This document shows, one piece after another, positions 1 to 13,519 of a DNA stretch of 64,000 nt; within the stretch, counting starts at the first letter, position 1; the number at the start of each line of letters is the position of its first letter. Below the pieces are notes generated by a model. The model was given only the letters and a program-made list of their open reading frames with translations. It was not told where the DNA came from and made no database searches. Both the position numbers and the translations under genes were made by a program. Where the stretch lies: positions 2,418,001-2,482,000 of the forward strand of contig CM120649.1 of NCBI GenBank assembly GCA_051362555.1. The letters are read 5' to 3'. This DNA is from Lingula anatina (lineage: Eukaryota; Animalia; Brachiopoda).

Positions 1-539
1 TGATATCACAACTTCTAATAGTGTAGCTGGTTACCAATGGACTTTACCTACAACAAATATTCTTACAAATAAGTTGTATACCAAAAGAAAATTAGCAAAA
101 TTAATAAATTATGAACATCTTAGGGCAAGGAGCATGAGGGAAAATATATATTGGTATTTTAAGTTTGTGACAAAAATGCTGAACACCATAATAAATATTT
201 ATATAATTTACTACTATGCAGAGGAGATGCCTCATTTTCTTTCAAATAAGAAAGACTAAAAACAAGTTTTATTTCACTGTGACTTGTTTAAAATATATTC
301 ATAGACAATTAAAAGAATCAAATAAAAATGTTAACTAATCTGGGGTGGGGACAGTGGTAGAAAGTCCACAAGAGATGGAAACTGAAGCTGAGACTGGCAG
401 GAGATATTTCTCAACTATTGGATGTCAACCAAAAGAATACCACCACATTGCTGTTATTGTATGACCCTGAAAGATTAACACCCATAGTCCCTTTGTGAAA
501 ATTCATCATTTTAAAATATCACAATATATTTACCTGTGT

Positions 540-1800
540 GCTTTTGACTTAATCAAGTTATTTAGCAGGACACAAGTACAAGATTTGTATTTTAATCCAT
601 TTTTAAAGCAGAAATAGGGAAATATGGAAAATTTGCTATTTGGTTGATGCCATCTTGGATTGTGAATTTTAAAATTTGCATATTTTTTTTTAATGTTTGA
701 AAAAATATTTTAAAAAATTAACTCAAAACATTCACTTATAATGTATGACAATATTAGGTGGCTTTAGCCAGTCTATGAAAAATGTATTTGAAAATGGCAA
801 ATTTGGGCATTTTAGCTAAAATGTGAAATTTTTGAAATCTGCCATTTTAAGAGTTTTTTTTTCCTAATTTTTTAGGACTGTTTAAAATACTAAGTAATAT
901 GCTCTTGACTAAATCAAGATATAATATTTAGCAGGATACAAAAATGAAATGTGTGTTTTTATCCATGCTTGTTTAGTTTAAAGCAGAAATAGGGACATTT
1001 TGCCATTTGATTGCTGCCATCTTGGATTAAGAATTTTAAAATTTTAATAACTTTTTGAAAACTGTGTTTGAAAAAAATTTTATTTTTGATTATAGAAGGA
1101 CAGTACATGTACTTTCTTCTGTAATGTATGGTGATAATAGATGGCTTTGGCCAGTCTATGAAAAGTATATTTTAAAATGGCAAATTTGGGCATTTTAGCA
1201 AAAATTGGAATTTTTGAAAATTCCCCATTTTCAAAGTTATTTTTCTAATTTTTAAAGGACAGCAAAAATTATATTTTTTATGTTTTTCACTTAATCAAGA
1301 TTTAGGATTTAGCAACATACAAATAAAAAATATGTGTTTAACCATGTTTGCTATTTTTTATATACACAAATATGTAAAATGTGCAATTTGGTTGCCACCA
1401 TCTTGGATTAAGAATTTTAAAATTTGAATAATTTTTTGAAAAATGTGTTTGAAAAAAATTTTATTTTTGATTATAAAAGGACAGTACATGTACTTTCTTA
1501 TGTAAGGTATGGTGATAATAGATGGCTTTGGCCAGTCTATGAAAAATGTATTTGAAATTTGCAAATTTTGGCATTTTAGCAAAAATTGGAATTTTTGAAA
1601 ATTCCCCATTTTCAAAGTTATTTTTCTAATTTTTAAAGGCCACCAAAAACATTTATTTATATGTTTTTAGTTCAAATAGGATATGATATTAAACAATGTC
1701 TGAAAATGAAAAATGATTATTTATCCACATTTATGGTTTTTTAGCTCAAATATAGCTGAAATTTAAATTTTGCAATCTGGATTCCGCCATCTTGGGTGAA
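540..1800. repeat. Degenerate tandem repeat, ~370-390 bp unit, about 3.5 copies (probably internal repeats of a non-autonomous DNA element)
   Basis: The motif CCATCTTGG recurs at ~650, ~1017, ~1397 and ~1787. The block 'tggcttt.gccagtctatgaaaaa..tattt' recurs at ~760, ~1142 and ~1523. Confidence 0.75.
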
Positions 1801-1961
1801 AAATTTTAAGTGCTGTTACCATGGCAACCGAGGGTGATTCAAACAAACCAATATCCAATATGTTGGTTTGGGGCTATAATGAACAAATACACCAATTTTC
1901 ATCAAAATCTGAGAGGGTCATGTGCCACCCTATTCTGAACCTTACAGAGACTGCTACTTAA

Positions 1962-2269
1962 ACTGATAAGATTGACTTATATCAAATATCTATTGTTTAG
2001 AATGATATTTGTTTATAAGTTATGCATTTTTCTCAAGATTTTAACTTCCAACAATTTCCTATAGGATCCTATAGGAAATCCTATAGGAAAGGTGCCCTAT
2101 AGGATCCTATAGGAAATCTTATAGGATCCTATAGGGCACCTTTCCTATAGGATTTCCTATAGGATCCTATAGGAAATTGTTGTAAGTTAAAATCTTGAGA
2201 AAAATACATATCTTATAAACAAATATCATTCTAAACAAAAGATATTTGATATAGGTCAATTTTATCAGT
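1962..2269. repeat. ~308-bp near-perfect palindrome centred on CCTATAGG/GGATCC repeats
   Basis: The left arm 'actgataagattgacttatatcaaatatct...ggtgccctatagg' is the reverse complement of the right arm 'cctatagggcacc...agatatttgatataggtcaattttatcagt', with few mismatches. Confidence 0.9.
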
Positions 2270-2489
2270 GGAATTGTCAATTATATATCACTGTTAAAGC
2301 AAAAATGCTTTTTATTGATTATAATGCACAATCTTATAGTCATCTATAGGATTCTATAGAAATTCTTTAATTTCTATTTTAAAGAAATCTTGAAAAATTG
2401 ATCATTTGTAAAATAATCTTTTATGGAGAAATATTTTATCATTAGGAATGTTATTGTGCCAAATCATTGAAGCTGAAATTATTTTTTAA

Positions 2490-3420
2490 AATTTATGTTC
2501 AGACCATTACAATAATTCCTATAGGATCCTATAGGAAATCTTATAGGATCCTATAGGAAATCTTATAGGATCCTATAGGAAATCCTATAGGATCCTATAG
2601 GAAATCTTATAGGATCCTATAGGAAATCTTATAGGAACCTATAGGAAATCCTATGCTTATTCATATAGGAAATTTTTATAAGGCCGGGTTGAATGAAAAA
2701 AAAATGAATCTGGTCTAAATATCAGTATATAATTTTAATTTTTAATTTATGTTCAGACCATTACAAAAATTCCTATAGGATCCTATAGGAAATCTTATAG
2801 GAATTTCTATAGGAACCTATAGGAAACCCTATGCTAATTCATATAAGGAATTTTTATAAGGGCGGGTTGAATGAAAAATAATGAATCTGGTTTAAATATC
2901 AGTATAGGATTTTGATTTTTAATTTATGTTCAGAACGTTACAAAAATTCCTATAGTATCCTATAGGAAATCTTATAGGAATTTCTATAGGAACCTATAGG
3001 AAATCCTATGCTAATTCATACAGGGAATTTTTATAAGGGCGGCTTGAATTAAAATAATGAATCTAGTCTTAATATTAGTATATAATTTTTATTTTTTATT
3101 TATGTTCATACCATTACAAAAATTCCTATAGGATCCTATAGGAAATCTGATAGGAATTTCTATAGGAACGTAAAGGAAATCCTATGCTAATTCAAATAGG
3201 AAATTTTTATAAGGCCAGGTTATATGATAAATAATGAAACTGGTCTAAATATCAGTATATAATTTTAAATATATTATCAGACCATTACAAAAATTCCTAT
3301 AAGATCCTATCCGAAATCTTATAGGAATTTCTATAGGAACCTATGCTAATTCATATAGTGATTTTTTATAAAGCCAGGTTGAATGAAAAATAATGAAACT
3401 GGTCTTAATATCAGTATATA
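2490..3420. repeat. ~180-bp tandem unit (about 5 copies) containing short cctatagg(atc/aaat) subrepeats
   Basis: 'ttatgttcagaccattac...ttcctataggatcctataggaaatcttatagg...gttgaatgaaaa' recurs at ~2494, 2748, 2924, 3101 and 3275. Confidence 0.85.
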
Positions 3421-5691
3421 ATGTATTTTTACTTTTTGTGTGATCATATTCACTTATATACTTCATATTTTTTCTATTATATTGAACGTCAACCTTATCT
3501 AATCGGATTTTACTTGACCTAGCTAGCTTGGCTGTTTTAAAAAGTGAAAATGCAATCCTGCCTAATATATAAAATATAATGTAAAAGTGTAAGTGAACAT
3601 TATGGGTATAGTAATGTCCCTCATAAAGGATGGGAAATGGGGACAAATTAAAATAATATAAAGATACATTATAAACCATGCTCAATCACTTGTAAGGTTT
3701 AACAGTCAACTGATGTTAGCTAGAGAATGCCCTACTCCACCAGCCATAACCACATATTCAACAACTGTGAATTTCTTTTGTTAGCCTGGCACCTATTATT
3801 AGGTCACTACTACTGTAGCTATTGTTACACTAGTAACAGTAACCGCCTATTAGGTGTTATCAGATGTGTGGTATCCTGTCTAAGTCTTTGTTTATATGAG
3901 ACAAGCAGCAAATGAGTATACAGCTATCAAGACAGTTTAAATTCAGGAGCATAGTGGAAGGGTATAGAGTGTAGAAAAATCGGATTGAGGAAGGTATGTA
4001 TTACAGTAATGCATTTGATCATCTAATCAAATTGAAAATGAGGTAATTAATTGATCTAATTTGGCATGCTGTGGCATTCAACCAGGTTCCTGATTGTGGG
4101 GTGGGGACAGCCCCTATATTATAGCTCAAATCAGACTCCCCTCACACCCAGTGCCCAGAGATGTACGTTGTTCACATAATAGCCATGGCACGATTCCGTT
4201 CACTGGACTAACAACATGGGTGGCTGCTTTTTTTTAGGCCTTTGTAGGCCTCCAAAACCTATCCTCAAAATGTGCAGATGCCCAACGAGTATTGCTCAAT
4301 GTGTATTTGGTCCATTTTTGCAAAAAAAGCTTTCCCATGTGCAATGAACCATGGCAACATGACAACTCATCAACTTCCCGAGCACTAAGGCATCAATAAA
4401 TCTACAATGAATAATTACATCTACCCTACAAGTAGAAAAATGCATACATTTCTATCTCAAAGCTTCCATTATCTGTAAGTATTGGCAAAAAAAAAAAAAA
4501 AAAAAAAAAAGAAAAAAGAAAAAACATTTCAAATACATTATGTCGATGGGTAGCCCTCGCATATCCCCGATCTATGTCACCTTGTCAAGAATAGCTGACC
4601 TCATGGGCCCTAACCGCTGTGTTTGTATACCCCTGCTTGGATCTTGATTATTTATAATAAAATTCATTATTAAACAACAAAAATGCCTTTACTCATAGGT
4701 GTTAAAATATTTAAAAAGTTAACAAAAAATATAATCTAACCTGAAGAAAAACGTTTTACGCCTTTTTATTTCTAAATGATTTAGTTTACACATACTAAAA
4801 TAATAATGCCTTTCATTTAATCATCCACAATGTTATTTTTGATTTAGAATGAGATATCCGCAATCAATGTTTGGTTTGATCATAGAGTAGCATTGACGGA
4901 CATATTGGTTTTCGTTTTTCGTATCATTTAACCTAAAAATATGTTTTATTGTGTGCTATGTCTTGAACGCAGATGTATCGTTTTTTACTTTATATATGTA
5001 TTTATATTTGTTCCAGTTAAAATCTATTTCAGTTAAAAGCCTTGTAGTTTTACAGTTGTTTCTTTGCCCTTCCATTATGATTTGGAGGCCATTTTTATTA
5101 AAATAACTTGCAAAAATGAAATAAATGATCGCACTTTGCATGGATATAAACATAAATATGTAATGATGAACAATGGAGTGAAGCATTAAAATTTTTATTT
5201 GAATGTATGGCTCTCGCTATTCATATAACAAATTGAAGGCCATCTTGAATTTTGAAAAATTATCAATATTTCAATTATCAACTGGCAAATAAAGTCAAGC
5301 TTATAAGCTTCTCTAAATTTTGTAACCCAGATGAAAAAAAATATTTTTAAAAAGCTTGCAAGATATAACATAGCAAGCTTTGGCTATAGGGCTCGTCGGA
5401 GTGGCAAATGGACTCACAGGAGATGGCACTGTGTGCCACCATCTGATTAATGTCAAATAAGCAGTTTCTGAGAGTTTAGGACCATTACTAACAAATTATC
5501 ATAATGGACATAAATAGAAAAGGCGGATATGTTTTTAATAAGGCTAAATTTGCAAAAAAAACGAACTTATTTTGCATCTTTTTTACTTTTTACCATATGT
5601 TTTGACAGCCATTTTGGGTTTTTTGCTACATGTAATGGGCTAAAGTGTATTCAACAGTACTGTTTTGCTCTCCTGATAGGATACACATTCA

Positions 5692-8364
5692 AACAAGGCA
5701 GCAAAGCTGTCAAATGTACAGACAAAAAACAGGAAATAACTATGCACAAAATAAGCTACTGTCAATTCTGATGCAAAAATACATTATGTTAAACTGCAAA
5801 TTCAACATCAAATTTTAATTATCCTCAACAGGTAATACCAATGTAATTAAAATATGTGACAAGTTTACACTTTGAAAATGTATAACTTCCAGAAAAAGAA
5901 GTCACTTAGACTGCTTTTCCAACTCAGACTGCATTTTAGTCCTGTATTTCTTTTTTGAAAGTTTGGCAATCATAAGTAACATGGTTTTCCCATAATGGTC
6001 ATCATGGCAGCAGCACCCAAAATTGTGTTTTCTTCTATTCTGATGCAATATTACATAATGGTTAACAGCATAATGACCGTCAATTTTTAATGATAAAATG
6101 AACGTATCATGGATTTTCAGAAAATGTGACTAGCATGGGTCTTCAAGCCCGTGGAACTTCAAAGTCACACCTTAAAAATGCCAATATGTGAAAAATTAAA
6201 TTTTCACAAAATAACTGTTTAACTGGCAGTAAGAATTACCAAACAGACTGTATTTCCTACTGAAGCTGTATTTTAGTCCCATGTTTCTTTCCTGTAAGTT
6301 TGAGAACAGTAAATGACATGTTTTTTCTTAAATGGTCATCATTGGAGCAGTGCCCAAAATAGTTTTTTTTTTCAAATTTTGATGCAATATTACATAATGT
6401 TTAACAGCATAATGACCATCAACTTAAATAATAAAATATTAGTATTATGGATATTCAGAAAATGTGACTAGCAAAGGTCTTCAGGCCCATGGAACTTCAA
6501 AGTCACAACTTGAAAATGCCAAAATGTAAACAAGACAGCACTGTTCTGAAATGTTTTTTTTTTTTTATTTTTAACAATTTTTAACATAAAACAAAATTAA
6601 CAGTTTTCTGCCATTTTTATATGATCAACTAAGAAAATTGATGAGATGGGAAAAATATCAACAGAGCAGTGTTAAATGTCCATTCTCTTCCATTCTGAGA
6701 TTCTGAACATAGTGAATGATTGAATCTGACAAACTGCAATGATATGAGTTTATTTCCATTTTTGAAACTTTATTACACAATACACGATAACAAGTTTACC
6801 ATCATTTTTACATAATCAACTAATAATGTTGTAAAATTGCAGGAAATGCCAAACAAACACTTTTACGTATCTTATTAGTTCAATAATGAAACTGTTTACA
6901 TGCCTAAGAATTAAATCTGAGGAAATGTGCAAAAACTGCATTTCTTTAAAATAATGGCCCGATTATGCTGATTTTTGAACTCAACCTGCGTTTTAGCAGG
7001 AATGACCACTCCTGTGAGTTTAATGACAATTGGCCTATCTGTTTTTCTTATATTGTGTTTACAGTGTTGCATATATGCTGAAAAGTGAAAAAAAAAAGCA
7101 TAACTTCTACATTAATGGCCTGATCATGCTGATTTTCGAACTTGACCTGCATTTTATGAATATTCATCAGCTCTGTAAATATACAGCCAAAAAGTAAAAC
7201 TGCCTTCCACTTATCGTGTTTACAATGAAAGTGCATGGCGCCGGCGACAGCGACAGTGACAGCAACGACGGCGACGACAGACGCAGGTGATGGCAATATG
7301 TACAGACACATCTGTACATATCAACTGTACTGTTTGAGAACAGTAAGTGACATGGTTTTTCTGAAATGGTCATCATGGGAGCAGTGCCCAAAATAGGTTT
7401 TTTTTCAAATTTTGATGCAATATTACATAATGTTTAACAGCATAATGATCATCAATTTTTTATAATAAAATATTAGTATCATGGACAAATAGTAAACGTG
7501 ACTAACAAAGGTTTTTTAGGCCGATGGAACTTCAAAGTCACGACTTAAAGATGCCAAAATGTTAACAAGACTGCACTGTTCTGAAATGGGTTTATTTCCA
7601 TTTTTAACACTTTTTTAACATAAAACAAAATTAATAGGTTACTGCCATTTTTATAAGATCAACTAAGAAAATTGATGAGATGTGAAAAATATCAATAGAA
7701 CAGTGTTAAATGTCCAGTTTCTTCCATTCTGAGATTCTGAACATAGTGAATGATTGAATCTGACAAACTGCAATGATATGAGTTTATTTCCATTTTTGAC
7801 ACTTTATTACACAATACACGATAACAAGTTTACCATCATTTTTACATAATCAACTAACAATGTTGTAAAGATGCAGGAAATGTCAAACAAACACTTTTAC
7901 GTATCTTATTACTTAAATAATAAGGCTATTAACATGCCTAAGAATTAAATCTGAGGAAATCTGAAGAAATGTGAAAAAACAGCATAACTTCTAAAATAAT
8001 GCCCCGATTATGCTGATTTTTGAACTCAACCTGCGTTTTAGTAAGACAGACCATTCCTGTGAGTTTCATGACAATAGGCCTAACGGTTTTCCTTAAAATG
8101 TGTTTACAAGGTTGCATATATGCTGAAAAGTGAAAAAACAGCATAACTTCTACAATAATGGCCCGATCATGCTGATTTTCGAACTTGACCTGCGTTTTAT
8201 GAATATTCATCAGCTCTGTAAATATAAAGCCAAAAAGTAAAACTGCCTTCCACTTATCGTGTTTACAAGGAAAGTGCACGGCGACGGCATCGGCATCGCC
8301 ATCGGCGACGACAGACGCAGGTGATGGCAATATGTACAGACACATCTGTGTCTGTACATAAAAA
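5692..8364 (-). mobile_element. Helentron-associated non-autonomous element (HINE type), minus orientation, with an internal tandem duplication
   Basis: Reverse complement of the family at 18498-20630 and 26441-28136. It has the 5' palindrome atgtacagacacagatgtgtctgtacat, a cgtcgcc-type microsatellite, internal repeats, a 3' sub-terminal repeat tgtctgtacat, a cagc-ttt-gctg hairpin and a cttgtt end, in T-rich flanks. Confidence 0.7.
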
Positions 8365-8629
8365 GCTGTCAATAAAGTTTACCCGGCGACTTCTGGTCGC
8401 TTTTCTATTTTTCCTCATAAATTGACGGCCATATTGAAAAATGCTCAAGGTCTCTAAAATAGCAACCAAGCTAATTTTGCTTTTCTCGACCTAAAGAATG
8501 CATTTCAGCAAAAAAAGTTTACAGGAAAAAACATTGCAGGGTTAGCGTTCTGGCTACTCGACTATTACCAATTTTGCCAAAGATCCAACAATATATAAAA
8601 AGCTGTAAAAATATTCAAATCAGTTAATA

Positions 8630-8911
8630 TGAATTTCTATAGGTTCCTATAAGATTTCCTATAGGATCCTATAGGAATTTCTATAGGAACCTATAAGATT
8701 TCCTATAGGATCCTATAGGAATTTCTATAGGATCCTATAAGATTTCCTATAGGATCCTATAGGAATTCCTATAGGATCCTATAAGATTTCCTATAGGATC
8801 CTATAGGATTTCCTATAGGATCCTATAAGATTTCCTATAGGATCCTATAGGAAAAAGGGACAATTTCCTATAGGATCCTATAGGAAATCCTATAGGAAAT
8901 TTTCGTAAGGG
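8630..8911. mobile_element. Terminus of a large DNA element with a CCTATAGG subterminal array (CMC/EnSpm-like); other end not seen
   Basis: The array ends abruptly in ...tttcgtaaggg (reverse complement CCCTTACGAAA). The next bases resume mid-way through the Harbinger-like MITE that is intact at 51508-52171 (join at ~51919). Confidence 0.55.
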
Positions 8912-9125
8912 ACATAGTATCTTCTCTTTTGCCCCCGTTTTGCGGTAAACTCATATATCTGAAATAAAATAATTTAAATATAAAGGGTCGGATTTTTAAT
9001 TATCCGAACAATAGAGTGCATGCTGAACAGGAAGTATGATTTCTGGAATTATATCGCTACTGATCGTTAACCGCGATTCAATCGGAGTAAACGCGACCGC
9101 GGTAAACTGTCTAATGTGAATGACC
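8912..9125 (+). mobile_element. Right half of a Harbinger-like MITE, interrupted by the CCTATAGG element
   Basis: Aligns to 51919-52171, with a small deletion, and ends in aatgtgaatgacc followed by tta. Confidence 0.65.
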
Positions 9126-10699
9126 TTATCTTGTCACAGGAGATTTGAGATTGCTGCACTTATTTTGTGATCCAATTTTATTAACATATCAAATGTGTCT
9201 TAACTCTTATCACTGTTTTGAAAAGATTATTTAAAGAATATTTCGATTTACAAAAATATTTTAGTTTTAAATAACTTTATGTTAGTTTTTAATTTATCTT
9301 TCTGGTTTTAGTTTTTATATGTTAGTGTAAGCAACACTGAGACGCATGTTGAGTATTATCATTATTATTTACATAAAATCGTTTGAAAATATTTGTAAAA
9401 TATTTGTATTTGAAAGTGTGAAAGTCCAGGTGAATTGCTACTGACAGGCTGGAAAGGTAATAAATGCTATATCATTGACATTTCCCGCCTTAATATTCAA
9501 CAGTAAACAATATGTTCCTGTACAAAATGTTACTAGAGTGCCTACGTAGAATAACTTCAGCGTCTGGGTTAATAAACAAGCCCAGTTCTGCTATCTCTTG
9601 TATCATGTGCCTCGTGGTGGGGCGTACAGCTCGGGTGACTCCAGCTATCAGGACGAGTGAGGTGTGTTCTCACGTACACCCAAGTCTACAGTTAGTGCAG
9701 GCTTAAATGAGCCATCTAGAATGTGTTCAACATAAGAATATAAACTAAACACCCGTGCTTTAAGTTCAACTTGATAATTGTTTTTTACACGTGAATGCAA
9801 ATATTTTTTTCTCTTTGCCGAGGAGGAAATGATATTGGAAAATCACTTGAAAAATATCTTTCGCTCATTAAAGGGATAATAACTCTTCCTGTGAGGTCTA
9901 TCTTTCACAATAAAAACATTGTGAATAACAGTTTTTTTAATCAAAATACCGTTTAAAGTGCAAACCCATGAAACTGCGTGAGGGGATAATCAAAAGGGCA
10001 GCCAAAGGTATTTGAGTTTATTAATTTTTACAAGTTACATGGCAGATAAAATCCATAATACTTTGATGTAATATTCATTAATAATGTCTGCAATATTTGC
10101 AGGCGTGGAAACAATCTTTAACTTATTAATTACACAGGGAAGAAATCGAAAGTTAAAAAGATAAAGATACATGAATAGGTTACCTTTATCAAACCATGCC
10201 CGTGTGTGAGTGTTTGAGTGTGTGCGATTGTTATACACATACAAAGACCTACAGTTGATACTGAAAAATACCGACACCGCACCGGAACGTACAAGAACAT
10301 GCTGTCGTTGTCTGAACAGCAGGCTGAGCGCTAAGACAATTAAGCATTCAAACTAATTGTGCTGTGCTAACCTTGCCTATATCAAACATTGTCTCTTTAT
10401 CGTGTTTACAAGGTATAAATTATAGACACGTTAATATTTAATAAAATCAGGTGATTCTAACAGTCCATGGGTCCAAGGACGGAGGCGATAGGATAATACG
10501 GAAAATAAGAAGCCTTTTAAAGTTAAAATATGTAAGGTTCTTTACCTTATTGACAGCAAACAAACAGAGCTACTCATCCATGAATTTGTGGCTTCTAGAC
10601 ATGATTATTTTAAAATCCTTTTGTTCGGAATGCATAACTATCAAATGGGGAAAATCAGTCTATTCAGAATTCAGCAGCTCGTCTTCTTCGTAAACTCAG

Positions 10700-10828
10700 A
10701 AGTTCCAACATATCACGTGGTTCTCACATGTGCACCAGTTCTCCACGATCTTCATTGGTTACCCACATGCAACCTCAAAGAATAGTCTATAAGATATTAT
10801 TATTGACTTTACATGAACAATATAAGAG

Positions 10829-10830
<2 letters not shown>
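10700..10830 (+). mobile_element. L2-clade LINE ORF2 C-terminal relic
   Basis: Translates to ..APVLHDLHWLP../..RIVYKILLLT, matching the L2 HITPVLxxLHWLP..RI.FKILLL motif. A paralogous copy is at ~50850-51390. Confidence 0.6.

Positions 10831-10831
<1 letters not shown>

Positions 10832-10911
<80 letters not shown>
10832..10911. repeat. (TA)n microsatellite
   Basis: About 40 uninterrupted TA units. Confidence 0.95.
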
Positions 10912-10915
<4 letters not shown>

Positions 10916-13484
10916 TTTTCTCTAGTGGTCAATTTCAACTAAAGCGAAACGATACCAAAAAGACTAAAAACATTTTGTCACAGGGGTTTTAAGATTGCGG
11001 CAATTATTTTGTGGTCCAAGTTTTATTAACGTATCAAATGTGGCTTTGAATGATTCTTATCACTCTTTTGAAAGGAATTTTAAAAATCTTTTTTTCATGT
11101 AAATGATATTTTGATTAACTTAAATATTTTAGCTTTAAAATTTTTTTGTTAGTTTTTAATTTATCTTTGTGGTTTTAGTTTTTATATGTTAGTGTAAGCA
11201 ACACTGAGACGCACGTAGAGCGCGGTTTTAAAAATGTATTATTATTATTTACATAAATCATTTGAAAATATTTGAAAAGTACCAAAGTCCGGGTGAATTG
11301 GCAGTGACAGGCTGGAAAGGTAATACATGCAAAACCATTGACATTCCCCGCCTTAACAATGAGCAGTAAACAATTTGTCCCTGTACAAAATCAGATTACC
11401 AACTTTAAATAACTTCACAGACAATCAGCGTCTGGGATAATAAACTAGTTCAATTCTGCTATCTATTGTCTCATGTGCCTCGTCGTAGGTTTAAATGATC
11501 CATCTACAATGTGTTGAAAATCAGAATATAAACTAAATCCCTGGAAATTACCACCTAGATAATTGAGAAATTTTCCCTTTATCGCTAAACATATGGGGCG
11601 ACTTATATTGGCAGTATCCAAGATACGTGTGCAGGGCGTACATCTCGGGTGACTCTAGCTATCAGGACGAGTGAGGTGTGTTCTCACGTACACCCAAGTC
11701 TACAGTTAGTGCACACTTAAAGAACCATAGTATGAAGGTATTTGGAAAGTTCCAAAACCCCGTAAAAATAAGATCTTAATCATTGGTAGTGTCGGGCGGG
11801 GAAGGTAATGATTGCTTAATCATTGACATTCTCCTGTCCTTGTATTGAGCGGTAAACAAGACCTCCTTGAACAAAATGTTATCGAAGTCCCTACTTAGAA
11901 TAACTTCACAGACAATCAGCGCATTGATTAATTAACTACTTCAGTTCTGCTATGTCTTTATCAAGTGCCTCGTGGTGCGGTGTACAGCTCATGTGACTCC
12001 GGTTATCAGGACGATTGAAGTGTGTTCTCACGTACACCCAAGTGTCCAGTTAGTGCAGGTTTAAATGAATGTGCTCAACATTAGAATATAAACAAAATCG
12101 CAGTGATTGAAAGTAAACTTGATAATTGGCTATTACACTTGAATGCAGTTATTTTCTCTTTTTCCGATTAGGAAATGAAATCGCAATATTCCCTGAAACA
12201 TTTATTCTGAAGTGCAAACCCATGAAATATATATATATATACAGTAAAATTGTAGTGACAGGCTGGAGAGATAAAAAATGATAAATCATTGACATATCCC
12301 GCCTAAATCATCAGCAGTAAACAGCATCTCCTTAAACGAAATGTTTTCGCATTGCCAACTTAGAATAACTTCACAAACAATCAGCTAGTTTTTTTTTGCT
12401 ATCTCCTGTAACAAGTGCCTCGCGGTACGGTGTACAGCTCAGGTGACTACGGCTATCAGGACGAGTGAGGTGTGTTCTCACGTACACCCAAGCCTACAGT
12501 TAGTGTTGATATAAAGAGCTATTGTTTGAAGGTATTTGGAAAGTTCTAAAACCACGTAAAATAAGATGTTAATCACTGACATTCCATTGTCTTTGTATTG
12601 AGAAATAAGCTACATGTCCTTGAACAAAATGTTTTCAGATTCCTTACTTAGAATAACTTCACAGAAAATCAGCGTCTAGGTTAATAAAGTAGCACAGTTC
12701 TATCTCTTGAATCATGTGCCTTGTGGTTCGGTGTACAGCTCAGGTGACTCCAGCTATCAGGACGAGTGAGGTGGGTTCTCACGTACACCCAAGTCTACAG
12801 TTAGTGCATATTTAAATGTGCCATCTAGAATGTGTTCAACATAAGAATATAAACTAAATCGCCGTGATTAAAATTAAACTTGATAATTGGCTAGTACACT
12901 TGAATGTATTTTTTTCTTTTTTTCTTTTTTTTTCTTTTTATTTATTTATTTATTTATTTATGGCCATGTGTGTGTCTGAGTGTGTGCGATTGTTGCACTC
13001 GTATAAAGATCTACAGTTGATAATGAAAACTACCGACACCACACCGAAACGTACAGGAACACGCTGTCGGTGGAAGGATTGTCTGAACAGCAGGCTGAGC
13101 GCTAAAACAAAGAAGTCAATTTAACAGCGCTGCACTTGCCTATATCAATTACTATTGTCTCTTATCGTGTTTACAAGGTATAAATTTCAGACACGTTAAT
13201 ATATAATAAAATCAGGTGATGCGTTAACAGTCCATAGATGAAAGGAGGCTGGCGATAGGACAATACAGCAAATTACCTATAAAACTAGATCTGAAATTTA
13301 TGCTAGAATTCAAATTGTTATGAATACAATCATGGTGCATTGTTTTCACAAAGGAATAAAACGTGCACAAGATGCTCGATGACAAAGGAACATTTGGTAA
13401 CATCTGGACTCTTCGGTCATCAAAGTGTATGCTACCCTTGCTACCCTCACCAGTCAGGTGACGCGGCCTTGTGTTCTTGTACAG

Positions 13485-13519
13485 TATATAACACAGACAC
13501 GGTGTTTAACAATCCAGTC
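13485..13519 (+). promoter_or_regulatory. Putative TATA + Inr core promoter of TRIM gene 1
   Basis: TATATAA at 13485 and an Inr-like CCAGTC whose A is at 13516, 31 nt downstream. The same spacing occurs before the other two paralogs. The ATG lies ~90 nt further on. Confidence 0.55.

Larger units (their letters stand above)
9420..12900 (+). repeat. Degenerate ~300-450 bp repeat upstream of TRIM gene 1; five copies of a conserved ~80-nt core
   Basis: The core ggtgtacagctcaggtgactccagctatcaggacgagtgaggtgtgttctcacgtacacccaagtctacagttagtgca occurs at ~9621, 11635, 11979, 12429 and 12730. A core-less partial copy is at ~11290-11540. Confidence 0.85.

Noticed and set aside
9600-12810. Conserved core as a CRISPR repeat, or as a hammerhead or twister ribozyme
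   Set aside because: The intervening sequences are homologous to each other rather than unique spacers. The minus strand has CTGATAG, not CTGANGA, and no correctly placed GAAA. No twister pseudoknot pattern was found.
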